A program made the translations under genes and the position numbers. This document shows positions 1 through 11,142 of a DNA stretch of 64,000 bases, piece by piece. Positions within the stretch are counted from its first letter, which is position 1; every line of letters begins with the position of its first letter. Origin of the DNA: Macrostomum lignano (taxonomy: Eukaryota). Below the pieces are notes generated by a model. The model saw only the letters and a program-made list of their open reading frames with translations, ran no database searches and was not told the origin of the DNA. The stretch covers positions 1 to 64,000 of the forward strand of contig NIVC01000930.1 in the NCBI GenBank assembly GCA_002269645.1, in the 5' to 3' direction.

Positions 1-127
1 GCAACTCTTTAAGCCACCGAATTGAACTGTACAAATGTCCATAGGCATCAATAGGATTCTCAGCCGTTGACGGCTACTAAGCAAAGTGCATTCTCTAATA
101 AATAAAAGTTCATCACAGTGCTAACAG

Positions 128-460
128 AAAACAGCTCCAAACTTCTAGTGAAAACAGCTCCAAACTTCTAGTGAAAACAGCTCCAAACTTCTAGTGAAAA
201 CAGCTCCAAACTTCTACTGAAAACAGCCCCAAACTTCTACTGAAAACAGCCCCAAACTTCTACTGAAAACAGCTCCAAACTTCTACTGAAAACAGCCCCA
301 AACTTCTACTGAAAACAGCCCCAAACTTCTACTGAAAACAGCTCCAAACTTCTACTGAAAAAGCCCCAAACTTTTACTGAAAACAGCCCCAAACTTCTAC
401 TGAAAACAGCTCCAAACTTCTACTGAAAACAGCCCCAAACTTCTAGTGAAAACAGCTCAA
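128..460. repeat. 23-bp minisatellite (AAAACAGCTCCAAACTTCTAGTG), about 14 units
   Basis: Tandem units are directly visible, with C/G variants; the array lies downstream of the Ly6-like gene. Confidence 0.95.
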
Positions 461-743
461 AGTTTGTTGACAGTCGCTCCAAACTTCTGGAAAAAGGTCT
501 AATCAGCTAGTGACGATCTGTAAACAAATACGGTAAAATACTCAACCTTTGCCTATGACAACAGTAAATTGGTAACACTTTAATAATTTTGAAAAATTGT
601 CAATTTATGCATAAGTTTATTTTTAGTGCGATGGTATTTCATCAAATCAAAAGTCGAACAGATATTAAATACGAAACTATTGCCATAGCTGTCAGATACA
701 TCATATTCAACTACAAACAGTTTTGCTGCAATAAATTTTGCTC

Positions 744-1930
744 CTAGAAGTTGCACAGAGCCGCAACTATCAGGACAGGCAGCGCCAGGGTCAATCGGAG
801 CCAGGGGCGCACGTCAGCGAATGCAGAGTTGCACTGGTCAGTTTTGCATGCTGTGCAGATGTAAGTTGTTCCCGGAAACGATCGGCCTTGGCACTCGCCA
901 CAGCTGCCACTGTAAGACTGCAAATAAGAAATTGAAGCGAATGCACAGCTGTCCGAGAAATCTTCAATTTACATGTATAGCGTGCGCGGTGATTGCAAAA
1001 TATGAACCAGCCTGTAATGCGCAAAGGTTTAAATTTCAAATCGGGCGGCCATTGTTTCAATTTGCAATAGCAAAAAACTCCCGATAGCAATTTCCGATTT
1101 GCTATAACATTAATGAAGTCAATAAAATGGTCAATAAAAATCAAAATAAACATAAATTTAACATGCGACAATAGCAATTACACCTGCCCCAATTGGGCCA
1201 GATGTGCAACCGACAGCTCAGCCGCAGCTATTGCGCGGCGCATCTGAAGGCTGCGTACGGCTGTTCAGTCCAAGGACTGGGGGGTCGCCACACACCCTCA
1301 ATTACCCCAGCTAATGCTGGCACCCATTTTACAGCTGTGTGTACTGAAGCAATGCAGAGTTAAGTGTCTTGCTCAAGGACACAAATTGTTCCGAGTGGAT
1401 CGGGAGTCGAACCCTCGACCTTCAAGTGGCATTGATCAAGTTGCATTGAGCCAGCTTTGACTTCATGCTATATAAGAACTCGAGTTTTGCTATTGGGAAT
1501 AAAAATGAAGGCCGCCCAGGGCAGCGGACACTCAAGCCGTGAACCCCACGGGAAGCCTGCCCCTACGGACACAAAAATGCGACTAGACTGACTTTTTACT
1601 CACAGTTATGGTTAAATTATTTTTGAACTTAAGATTCGAGCCGGGCGTAGTCACGGTTATCTGGTCTTTGTGACAGCTGGTGACACTGCTGCCGCACTCA
1701 ACTACCATAGCCCTAGAAATGCCACCAGTAATGCCCGACGAGTAGTGGTACACCAGACAGTGTATGGCCTGTCCAGCACCTGTGCAATACGATAGCGGTA
1801 TGCCATTTGCTTGCAATTCAATAAAACGAATAAAAATATTGCGCTTCTTAAGTCAGTAAAAGCTTATCTTACCGGCTAGAGCGGCAAAAAGCAGAAAGCC
1901 AAGACAGATCGGAGCGGTCCTGTTTGGCAT
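744..1930 (-). CDS. Ly6/uPAR (three-finger)-like secreted, probably GPI-anchored protein, 135 aa, 3 exons
   Basis: Exons 1930-1873, 1779-1604 and 917-744 have GT/AG boundaries and compatible phases (1, 0). They give signal peptide MPNRTAPICLGFLLFAALAGAGQA, then IHCLVY...VECGSSVTSCHK...SYSGSCGECQGRSFPGTTYICTACKTDQCN, then hydrophobic tail SAFADVRPWLRLTLALPVLIVAALCNF*. The C-x-T-D-x-C-N end followed by a hydrophobic tail is the LU-domain hallmark. Confidence 0.82.
1176..1430 (-). mobile_element. tRNA-derived SINE with CORE(MIR)-like central domain, copy 1 (intron 2 of the Ly6-like gene)
   Basis: Reverse strand has B-box-like GGTTCGACTC and TGTGTCCTTGAGCAAGACACTTAAC...CAGCTGTAAAATGGG, which resembles the MIR core. 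It is near-identical to the copies at 11143 and 50846. Confidence 0.8.
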
Positions 1931-2269
1931 TGTTGTGCTTCTGTAGTGGAAAATAAACTTGTTAATCTGGGCGGCAATCACTGACTGCGGAGTTGCCTGC
2001 AAACGACGTTAATTACTACTTGAAGGCTGCAGATTGCACGCTTGGGGTGGCTGCTATTGTCGCGACTTTCTTAGTCACTGTTTACTGTGTTTTCTCTCTC
2101 TGTCCAATTCAGTCTTGTTATCTTATCTCTCTCCCCCTCGCTGCCTTCTGATTGGCTCTTCAATCTCGCCTCTTTCGGCGTCAGGTTCGGTTCGGAGTGA
2201 TGGTCCTTTCGGCGCACTTTACGCGCATCTCATAACCGGCGAGAGGCGCATTACTGCCCATTCCGCCGA

Positions 2270-2455
2270 TCTGCAGTCATACGCACAAGCATACACTCAC
2301 ACAGGAGTGTATAGCGGCCCTAACTTTATTTATCGTTTGGCATGTACACTTCACTGCGCCTTGGGGTTGGGGGTTGGCCCAAGTTTAGGGATTGAAAGGA
2401 CGTTAATTGCACGAGTAGAGCCAAGCCGAGATTCCAATTTAGCCCCAAATTAATG
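2270..2455. mobile_element. Solo terminal arm of the foldback MITE family found at 9956-10406
   Basis: It matches the reverse complement of 9960-10110 (CACTCACACAGGAGTGTA...CATGTACACTTCACTGCGCCTTGGGG...CCAAGCCGAGATTCCAATTTAGCCCCAAATTAAT). Confidence 0.7.
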
Positions 2456-3195
2456 GTATATTCTTCTGCAGTCGGGATGCATGATATCGGATGCATGCAT
2501 GCCGGTTTGCGCGAGTCGTGTTATTCCAATATCATGCATCGCGACTGCATAAAAGTGCAATGACTAGTGTTTCCATATAGGGTTGTTTATCCAAATGTTT
2601 ATCCAAATGTTTATCGCAAATCCAAATGTACCCTGTACCAGCAGGCAAGCACGAGTACACCGCCGTTAAGGAATTCCGCGCAACCTATACGGTGTCCTCA
2701 GATAACCGTCCCTTGGCACCGATTGACCTCCTAGAGCTTGTAGAGATCAGTATCCAACCAAATAAAGTTCTAAACCCCTTGGGAGTGTATGATATCCGAG
2801 TTTGTAACTGTCATATATGTTCCCTGCCAGAGCTCAGGTCAGACTGGGGGACGAGAAAACAAGCGACTACAATACGTTCCTACTAGAAGTTGCTATATTT
2901 AATCATTGAAACGAAAAGTTTTTCATTGCATGCACCATGCATGGTTGCCTTTTAAATCAACAATAGAGTGAATGTAAGCATTGTGGCTTTTATATATAAG
3001 TTGCAAAATTAGTAAGAATGCAAAAATTGTCCAATATTTAATTATATTTTCAAAAGTGTCTGTGGTGAAAAGGCGAATCTATAATTGAGCTATTAGATTT
3101 GGAAATCAACGTGACATCGTCCGTCAATACATCAGTTTGGTAACTGCGGAGGAGTCCAAGGCCGCGGTTTCAACAGCAGTGAGCAAGGCTCTGCA

Positions 3196-3843
3196 ATGAC
3201 TACGGATAAATCTCTGCAGCAGCAGCTGAAGCAGCCAAATTTATCCCAGCAACCAGTGATATTTGTCACTGGCAATCAGGGCAAACTGGAAGACTTCAAC
3301 CAGCTCCTGTCTGACTGTCAGCTAACTGACGCGTTCACTGTTCAAGATCTCGACTTAGTAGAGCTGCAGGGCTCCCATCAGGAGATCGCCACGGAGAAGT
3401 GTCGAATGGCAGCCCAACTGCTCAATGGTCCAGCTGTGCTCATAGAGGACACGAGTCTAGAGCTCACAGCTCTCAACGGCCTGCCAGGACCCTACATCAA
3501 GTGGTTCTGGAAGGCTCTACGCAACGAACGCCTGCCAAGCCTGCTGGCCGCTTACCCAGACAAATCGGCCGTGGCCAAGTCCATTGTGGCTTACTGCCCA
3601 GGTCCCGGCCGCGAGATCCGACTGTTCCACGGCGAGTGCCGCGGCCGACTGCTTACGGAGCCGCGAGGCCCGCCAGTCCACGGCTGGCTGCCGCTGTTCG
3701 CACCGGACGGTCAGGACCAGAGCCTGGCCGAAATGGAGGCAGCGGAGCGCTATCGGCATCATCATCGGGCCAAGGCGTTTGCCAAGTTCTTCGCCTACTT
3801 TGCCAAATATCGAAATAATACCGCCGAATACCAGTCAGGCTGA
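3196..3843 (+). CDS. ITPA: Inosine triphosphate pyrophosphatase (HAM1/ITPase family), intronless, divergent
   Basis: Motifs FVTGNQGKLE, ELQG, EKC, LIEDTSL, LNGLPGPYIKWF, GW, AEM and HR align end to end with eukaryotic ITPA. Confidence 0.92.
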   Translation: MTTDKSLQQQLKQPNLSQQPVIFVTGNQGKLEDFNQLLSDCQLTDAFTVQDLDLVELQGSHQEIATEKCRMAAQLLNGPAVLIEDTSLELTALNGLPGPYIKWFWKALRNERLPSLLAAYPDKSAVAKSIVAYCPGPGREIRLFHGECRGRLLTEPRGPPVHGWLPLFAPDGQDQSLAEMEAAERYRHHHRAKAFAKFFAYFAKYRNNTAEYQSG

Positions 3844-4384
3844 ACGGCGCGGTATGGAAATGAAGAAATACATTGTTGACAAATTATTGGCAATCAATAT
3901 TTGTGTTTAGATGTTTTGCTTTAATGAATTATACGCGTTTTATTTGCGTGCATGAAGCAGATTTCTGCTGGATTAAAGATTTATGTTGATGCTGCTAGTG
4001 CTGACTATGAATTTATTGTTTATCAATTACCTTCTTTGAATTTTGGCTTTGGACATATGGTCTAGGTGGTGTACTAATGAGGTTCACATGTATCATATGT
4101 TGCTTATGAGTCGTTCGAAATCGTCCTTTTACTTTTAGTTGACATTCTCAATGTAGTTTCAAAAATCAAGAAAGCTGTAAAATGTTTTTTAAAGTAGACA
4201 TGTACCGACTTGTCATCATATACGCCCTTTAATGAACGCATTTAACACCGGTACATGTGTAAAATTAGGTAGGTGCGCATATGTCGTATACATGTGAATT
4301 AATTGACTTTGCACGAGTTTTGTGCAATGATGCTTACAACAATCTACAAAAGCAATAAAACTTAGCTGAAAATACATAGCTGAG

Positions 4385-5050
4385 ATCCGGGACGCGCGTG
4401 GTGCCGGTGTCTGTACGTAGAGGTCCCCTTTTTGGAGAGTCTAAGAGGTGAATGGTTGCTCACCCAGTAGCCCTATAGGTAGCGGACGAGCTGTCACAAA
4501 TCCTCGGGCCTGAAAACGTCAAAGAGATCCCAGCTTTAATTAAGCCGCGAGGTAGCTGTGCGCCTGCAGTGTCCTGAATGAGTATAGGTGGGGGCATTCA
4601 CAGATAAGTGTTCCGTATTCTCAACACCGGAAAGAATTTTCCTTGAAGGTATAGTGATGCCTGGCAGAACAGACATGATTAGAGAGGGCCGTAGTTACAG
4701 CCCTGATGTCCCGCTCGGTTGAGTCCAAGCAGGGCCATGGGAGTGGAAACGGCGGTGAGTGAAGGCCAAGGCGCGACCATGGACAAAGACCGAGTCGAGC
4801 CAACCTGACCAGGGTATCGGCCAGTTCGTTGCCAGGAAGGCCCACATGGATCCACGTACCTTTATTGACTGCTTTAGTGGAGAATGATAGATTAATTGTC
4901 TTCCCCAAACTCGATCGCTTAGTAGTGTTGTACACTCCCATGGTGCAGGAGCTCATGAGGACGAGATTTCGTTCTCGAAGACAGCAGAGCAATGCCGGTG
5001 TGCTAGAAGAGATCAAACTGGTCACGACTCACGATAGAGAAATTTGGAGC
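4385..5050 (-). mobile_element. Degenerate 3' fragment of a non-LTR retrotransposon ORF2 (RNase H end plus CCHC knuckle)
   Basis: Minus strand reads WIHVGLPGNELADTLVR, matching the RNase H W..H.G..GNE.AD motif, then FRC*EYGTLICECPHLYSFR, matching the C-terminal CCHC motif. It contains an in-frame stop. Confidence 0.7.
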
Positions 5051-5058
5051 AAGAATAC

Positions 5059-5922
5059 CAGCAGGGGCGTAGCCAGGAATTTCTGACGGGGGGATGCAGG
5101 GATATGAGTTGTGACGTTGTCAGTTGAGGTGGCCCGACAAGGGCCATTTTAGCGACAGCAGTGCCAATTCTATAATATTGTTAATCTGATGGTCTCGTAC
5201 TCTAACGTCTGCTTATAGTAATGCCCAAGGAAATTTAAACAATATTTATTGCGTGGCGTTCGTAAAGCCTATGTACAATGCGGTCGATAATTTCTGTTTT
5301 CAAGTTGGTTATCGCGCCGGCCAATAGGAAAGCCGCGCATATTATGCTAGCCTGAAATTAAGCTTTGTCGCGCACCCACCTCCAGCCCGCTCGTTATCAG
5401 TTCTGTCTGGCTGGGGCGCGTTTGTACGGGGTTCTTGCTACGAGTACCACCACCATACGATCGCTGCCATCACATCATCGCCATTGCCTCAGGCTCATCA
5501 ACTCGCTCTATCATCTATCTTATTGTTGCGCAGCCGCCCAGTGCATTCCTTTACGGATTCAGCAAAATACTCAGGCCCTATATTAATAACTACTCAGACG
5601 GAATTGATAACTAACGAGCCCTAACTACCCACTCATACGGGTACAATAAATGAGAACTGCGGCCATCGCCCGCATCATTCGTTACTATCATCGAGTGCTA
5701 CCGCTACAAAATTTGCCTCTGTTGTATTCGCCTTCGTCATTTGATCCCGAGTCTGCCATTTAATCGTCACAGAGTGCTGCTGCTACTTGTACTTGCTGGC
5801 CTAATGGGCAGTTCACAAGAAAATTAATCTTATTTAGAAACTTATCAATTTCTTACACCCACCGACCAGGCCCACGGGGGGGGGATACATCCCCGTATGC
5901 CCCCTTGCCTACTACGCCACTG
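5059..5922. mobile_element. Non-autonomous hAT-like TIR element with 8-bp TSD
   Basis: Ends are (CAG)CAGGGGCGTAGCC... and ...CTACTACGCCACTG. The direct repeat AAGAATAC flanks it at 5051-5058 and 5923-5930. No transposase ORF. Confidence 0.8.
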
Positions 5923-7623
5923 AAGAATACGAGAAAGATTAGTTAGTCAGAAATAAAAAAATATAGCTAAGCAGATTACTTGCAGCTTTGATCACCAGCT
6001 TTTAATTTTCCAAAACAGAACTGGGCATGAATGTTTTTAAAACTTTTCATTTTGTTGGTTCCGTTTTCAAAAAAGGTTCCCGAACTGTGTGCATGCAGTT
6101 CTCTAACTATCGCTCGTAGCAGGGATTTTTTGAACTTGCTTGTGTCTTAATTTATTGATCAAAGTTTGTTTTCCTACCGAATTCTGATTCTGGATTTCTT
6201 GGAGCTTGAATAAGAGTTATTCTGGTTGTAGAGCAACTGTTCGTGAAAATCTTCCGTTAAGAACATATTCACAACTATAAGTACATATGTACATAGACGC
6301 ACAGTTTTCTTTATTTGCCTTCTGGCTAAACAGAAGACTGAAAAATATTTTTTCAAGTATTGGGGCATCATATTACATATTTAATAGTTACCCGTTGCTT
6401 GATAAAGAAGCAATATTCGAAAAATTTGTTAAATTTACTAACCACATGATTTGCTGTTGCTTGTCCTTTAAAATAAATATGACAAAACTATGCACCGTGA
6501 TCGTCGTTCGGGTTTTGACAGGTGCCTGGATTTACAATTTTTTATGCTCTTCTACGTCGCCGTTGCTGCATGGGATCGATTTTGCCGCTATCAATTTTAA
6601 TATTTACAAGATTTATAAAGGATAATAGTAAGTCAGTCAGTGATCTTTACAAAAGCGCAGAAAAGACGGATAGTGAACAAGACGATTGAATTGTATTAAA
6701 TTAATCTTGACTAGGCCTAGATCTAGGCCCGAGGCCAGAGCTCAGAGAGCTTGCCTGGCATAGTGAGGACTACTAGTGACTAGGCCTGTTAAACCTTGCC
6801 TATCAGCAAAGTATTATATTGTTATTAATTTTTCATGGATTGCCGATTGAACACTGAATAGCATTTGGTTTTTGCTTAATAGGCCTATTTGCATATTGCA
6901 TAGGGCCTAGCAATCCTAGCATCTATAGATCAACATCTGGCCAGTGTTGAATTAAATTAAAATCACATTTGTGCTGTCAGGACCCAAGAGTAGAGTAGGC
7001 CTTGACCTAGTTTAAAATTTTCAAATTTTCAATTTTTGCTATGAACAGGCCCTTATATTATAGGCCTAGGCCTAATAAAAAGTAAGGGCCTAGCATCACA
7101 ATGATATTAAAGGACCTAATATAGGCTAATAAGACAAGAGCCTACTAATACTTATAGTATAATTAGCCTAGTATAAGCAGAATATGCCAAGTATTAATAA
7201 TAGCCTAGTTATTTAAAATTAGGCCTAGGGGCCTAGTTTTTTTATTTTATTGAGTAAGCCTAGGCTAGGCTAGGCCTAAATACCTAGTATAATAGATTAA
7301 AATAGTTTTTCTAAATTAGGCCTAACGCCTAAAGTTTAATCTGAACATTTTTTTTGGTTTTTGCCAATCATGTAAAAAGTAGGCCTAGGCCTATTCTACC
7401 TATATAGGGCTAAGGCCTAAGCCTGACAATTTGGAATTGCATATATACAAGTTTATATGTTTATTTTTTATTTTATAATATATCTTTGATGATTCTTTAA
7501 TAAAAGCTTATAGGTTTTAAATTACAGTTAGGCCTATATCACCATAGGTGTAGTCCAGATTATGCTAGGTCCTAGGTGCATACCTAAACAAAAATTGAAT
7601 AATTACAATATGCCAAAAAATTA

Positions 7624-8719
7624 GGGTGATGGTCATTGTGTCAACTGGCATTTCGTCAACTCAGTTGACAAAGTGACCAAAGTATTAAGGTGACTTTACT
7701 GGTGGTTGACGAAATGACCAATGCCTAGGTCCTCCCCATTTGCTTGTTGACGAAGTGACCAAAATTATCATTATATGAATAATATACAGCAGTTCATACA
7801 GCAGCGTAGCTTACAATAGTTGTTATATTGATGAGTTTTTTTTAATAATTACCTAATTTTATTTGAAATGATCAAACTTTGCAATTTCGTTAGTGTATAG
7901 TCAGTCATTATGTTAACTGCATGACCTGCCCATTATACATGTATTTGATAGGTTAAATGTTCCAATGCAAATATTCTAGATGTAAATGCATCACCTATGC
8001 ACATTTATACCTATATGCGTCTAGGCGTCAATGAATCTTAAGCATTTATGTTTTATGCAATCACATACAATACATGTACATGCGTCCACTATATGGTGGG
8101 CATTCATACTATCAAAATGCATCAGGAGAACTGCTAATAGTCCCCTGTGGAGTCGTGAAAATTGGTGCACTGCGTGCGTCTTGCCAACCCTCCACCCCGC
8201 TGCTGTGCGCAGTCAACCGAAGCTGCTCTGGACCATGTAGAGTGGACCATTTTCAAGCATTATTATACATTAGTCCAGTACCCATCAACTACTCCTTAAT
8301 GAATTTCTATATGTACATCCAAAAATTTGTCATGCAAATGTGTAATATGGGATATCAACCATGTCATACTACACACGTTTTACATACCTGGTGAATTATT
8401 GTTTGTTAATGCACAGTCAGAGACGCATCAATCGATTGAAGCCAGCAGATATTGCGCAGAAAGGTATCTATCTATATATTAATTAGCCTGTCGACTTAGT
8501 CATTTCAGGGTTCAGTTTTAGTATTTTTGTGGCTGCAGGGGGTAGTTTATTGGCAGTTGACGAAGTGACCAATGTTGGGGAACTCCCCGTTGGTCAGTTG
8601 ACGAAGTGACTGAGGTTTGAGACTGGTTCATTGGCTAGTTGATGAAATGACCAATGCAAAAACTGAGTTGACGAAATGGCCAGTTGACGAAAAGCCAGTT
8701 GACAAAATGACTAGGACCC
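7624..8719. mobile_element. Non-autonomous DNA transposon with GGG...CCC TIRs, subterminal GTTGACGAA(A/G)TGACC repeats and 8-bp TSD
   Basis: Left end GGGTGATGGTCATTGTGTCAACTGG..TTTCGTCAACTCAGTT is inverted at the right end. TSD AAAAATTA is at 7616-7623 and 8720-8727. Confidence 0.8.
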
Positions 8720-8793
8720 AAAAATTAAATGCATGCCTATTCACAAAACTATGCCAATGTTGCAACAATAAATGACCTTTTTTACATTGTGAC

Positions 8794-8981
8794 CATGCTT
8801 GGGCGCAACCTAGGGATTCACCTGGCTGTTTCTATTGGCAACATACATATGTAAGTTAGGCTACTATTGTATATTGTTAGGACGGAATAGTAGTCACATG
8901 ATTGCTCTTAGCCAATAGTGACTTACATATGTATGTTGCCAATAGAAATGGCCAAGTGATTCCCAAGGTTGTGTATGTATG
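8794..8981. mobile_element. Small MITE with about 50-bp inverted arms and 8-bp TSD
   Basis: CAACCTAGGGATTCACCTGGCTGTTTCTATTGGCAACATACATATGTAAGT is inverted at about 8921-8971. TSD ATTGTGAC is at 8786-8793 and 8982-8989, and the element is absent from the 36.7-kb copy of the host repeat. Confidence 0.8.
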
Positions 8982-9955
8982 ATTGTGACAATAAATGACT
9001 TGTTTTGAATTGCATAATGCCAATGGATCCTTTTTGGCAAATAATTTAGTTGATTTTTATGCTTTTTTACAATACTATTTATAGCAAAAAATTGATACAG
9101 GCAAATATTTGTTTAAATGCTTTATTACAAGCTTAAAAAACCTAGAAAGCTTAGAATTAAGGCTTAAAAATAAATTTTCTTCATCTATTTTCTACTTCAT
9201 AATAACTCTTCTATGTGATTCTATAAAGTGCATACCAAATATGCATATACACTATTTTCTTAGGAGTGATACAATGCCAATGCACACTCAAATTTTTAGG
9301 CATATACTATGTGATCTGGAGTGTGGTTATACCAATAACAGATTTATATTAAAGAGATCATATCACAAAATTAAATAGATAAGTATGGTCCAAAATTTGT
9401 AGTTTAATTATATTCATTCTATAAACACAAAGTCTTAGTCTAGCCTGTCATTAGAGTTGTACCAATTGATAATAGCTTTGGAATCAAACTTGTATATCTC
9501 TATCAACAATCTGCAATGTTAAAAACAAAATTATTTGTTATAGTAAGCTTTTGCTCTCAAGGTATCCAGTGCTACTCAAACCTTGGTTGCAATAGATCTA
9601 GCAAGATTAAGCTGGTAGTATAATGCAATATAATGTTATGGTATGTAGTATAATCTTAGATATGGTATAGCATTGTAGTTCAATAATAAACCAATGAGGC
9701 ATAATATTGTATAGTGTAATATGACAGTATAGCATAATGGCAAAGTGTAATGCAATATGGTATAACAGTTTAGCTTATGGCAAAGTACTTGGATAGCCAA
9801 ATAAGATCTTTCTATCTATTATAATATAGTTAGCATAAGCATATAGTATATTTAATACATAAAAATAGGCTTAGATATTAATTTTCAAAGAATTTTGTTT
9901 ATTTTTAGATTTTTTAAATGTTTCATTTTATATCAATGTATTTATAAATAAAAGC

Positions 9956-10406
9956 CACATTAATTTGGGGCTGAATTGGAATTTCGGCTTGGCTTGCTTG
10001 TGCAATTAATGGCCTAGAGAGCCAACCCCCCAAGGCGCAGTGAAGTGTACATGCCTAACAATTGATAAAGTTAGGGCTGCTGTACACTCCTGTGTGAGTG
10101 TGTGCCTGCATAATGTATCTGCGCGCTTGTATGCCTGCTCAGGGGAGTTGGTGGAATGGGCAGTAATGCCTCTCGCCGGTTGTGTGCCTATGTTGCTTAA
10201 AGTGTGCCAGGGTGCACACAACCCCCCTGCCTCTAATAAAAAAATACATATATATATAGTCCCATGCACAGGCATACACTTGCACAAGAGTGTACAGTGG
10301 CCCTCATTTTTTTGTTAAGCATGCACAATTTACTGTGCCTTGGGCATGGGGATTGGCACAAGCAGACCCAAGCCAAGATTTCAATATAGCCCCAAAAATC
10401 AATGTG
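9956..10406. mobile_element. Foldback MITE with long degenerate inverted arms
   Basis: CACATTAATTTGGGGCTGAATTGGAATTTCGGCTTGGCTTGCTTGTGC is inverted at about 10355-10406; a related arm is at 2270-2455. Confidence 0.7.
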
Positions 10407-11142
10407 ACTGCACTTGGAATCAAGCCTGGGCTGCTGGCACATCAGAGCGCCATACTGGTCCACCAGTAACATTATTATAGTTTCATTGCTCAGTAGGCAC
10501 TTTAGAGACTATAAAAATATAGTTTTATAAAATATTTTGACTGGAATTTTGTGTTTTTACACTACTATATGCTTGCTTATCTGACAAGATTTCAGCTAGT
10601 CGCCAGGTTGAAGCAGGCTTTCCTTATCAAGTTCACAAGTTTAACTTCTCTTGTATAAAGTTTCTTGTTGATAGACTGCAATGCTATCTGAAGTTTCTAT
10701 CTAAAATGATTATTGCAGTAATGTTTAAAGTGCAGGAGTTATTTATTTATAGATTCGAAAACAATTTCGGAATTAAGTGCATTCGCCAGGTATCCAGGGT
10801 TCTACACTGGTCTGTGTTCTCTCTCAGCGAGTGAGAACAGGTGTAGAGTGGCATATTCAAAATAGTCTGCTGCTGTACCTGCTTTTAGCATGCACGAGTG
10901 CGTTTTGTGTGCTCAAACTCAAGTAAGTTGACTCGAAAATTTTCAAGCTGGTGTCTCGGTCCTTGTTTCCCAGCTGTGTGTAAGAATCAGTGCGCAATTT
11001 TTGTTATGCGTACGCCCTGTTGCAGTCGCTCCACTCTTAGCTCTGCTCTTGCGTGTTTGAAAGCATTTTTGACTATTTTTTCAGATAATTTTATTCAGAA
11101 ACCTAGTTAGGAGGTCTGCTCATGTTTTAGCCGCAAGCTCAC

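Larger units (their letters stand above)
7540..9310. repeat. Dispersed AT-rich repeat family (second copy about 36712-37420), here interrupted by two TIR elements
   Basis: Shared blocks such as CCTAAACAAAAATTGAATAATTACAA and TTGTTTAAATGCTTTATTACAA..CTTAAAAAACCT.GAAAGCTT occur in both copies. Confidence 0.75.

Noticed and set aside
128-460. Regularly spaced repeats here and at 28195, 57815 and 59045 considered as CRISPR-like arrays
   Set aside because: Units are contiguous with no unique spacers, there are no cas genes, and the context is eukaryotic.
6170-6600. AT-rich minus-strand segment with several GT/AG-bounded open stretches (DKQQQIMWLVNLTNF..., LLFSQKANKEN...)
   Set aside because: Joining them needs 28-29 bp introns or weak sites, far below the 73-103 bp norm seen here, and gives no recognisable protein.
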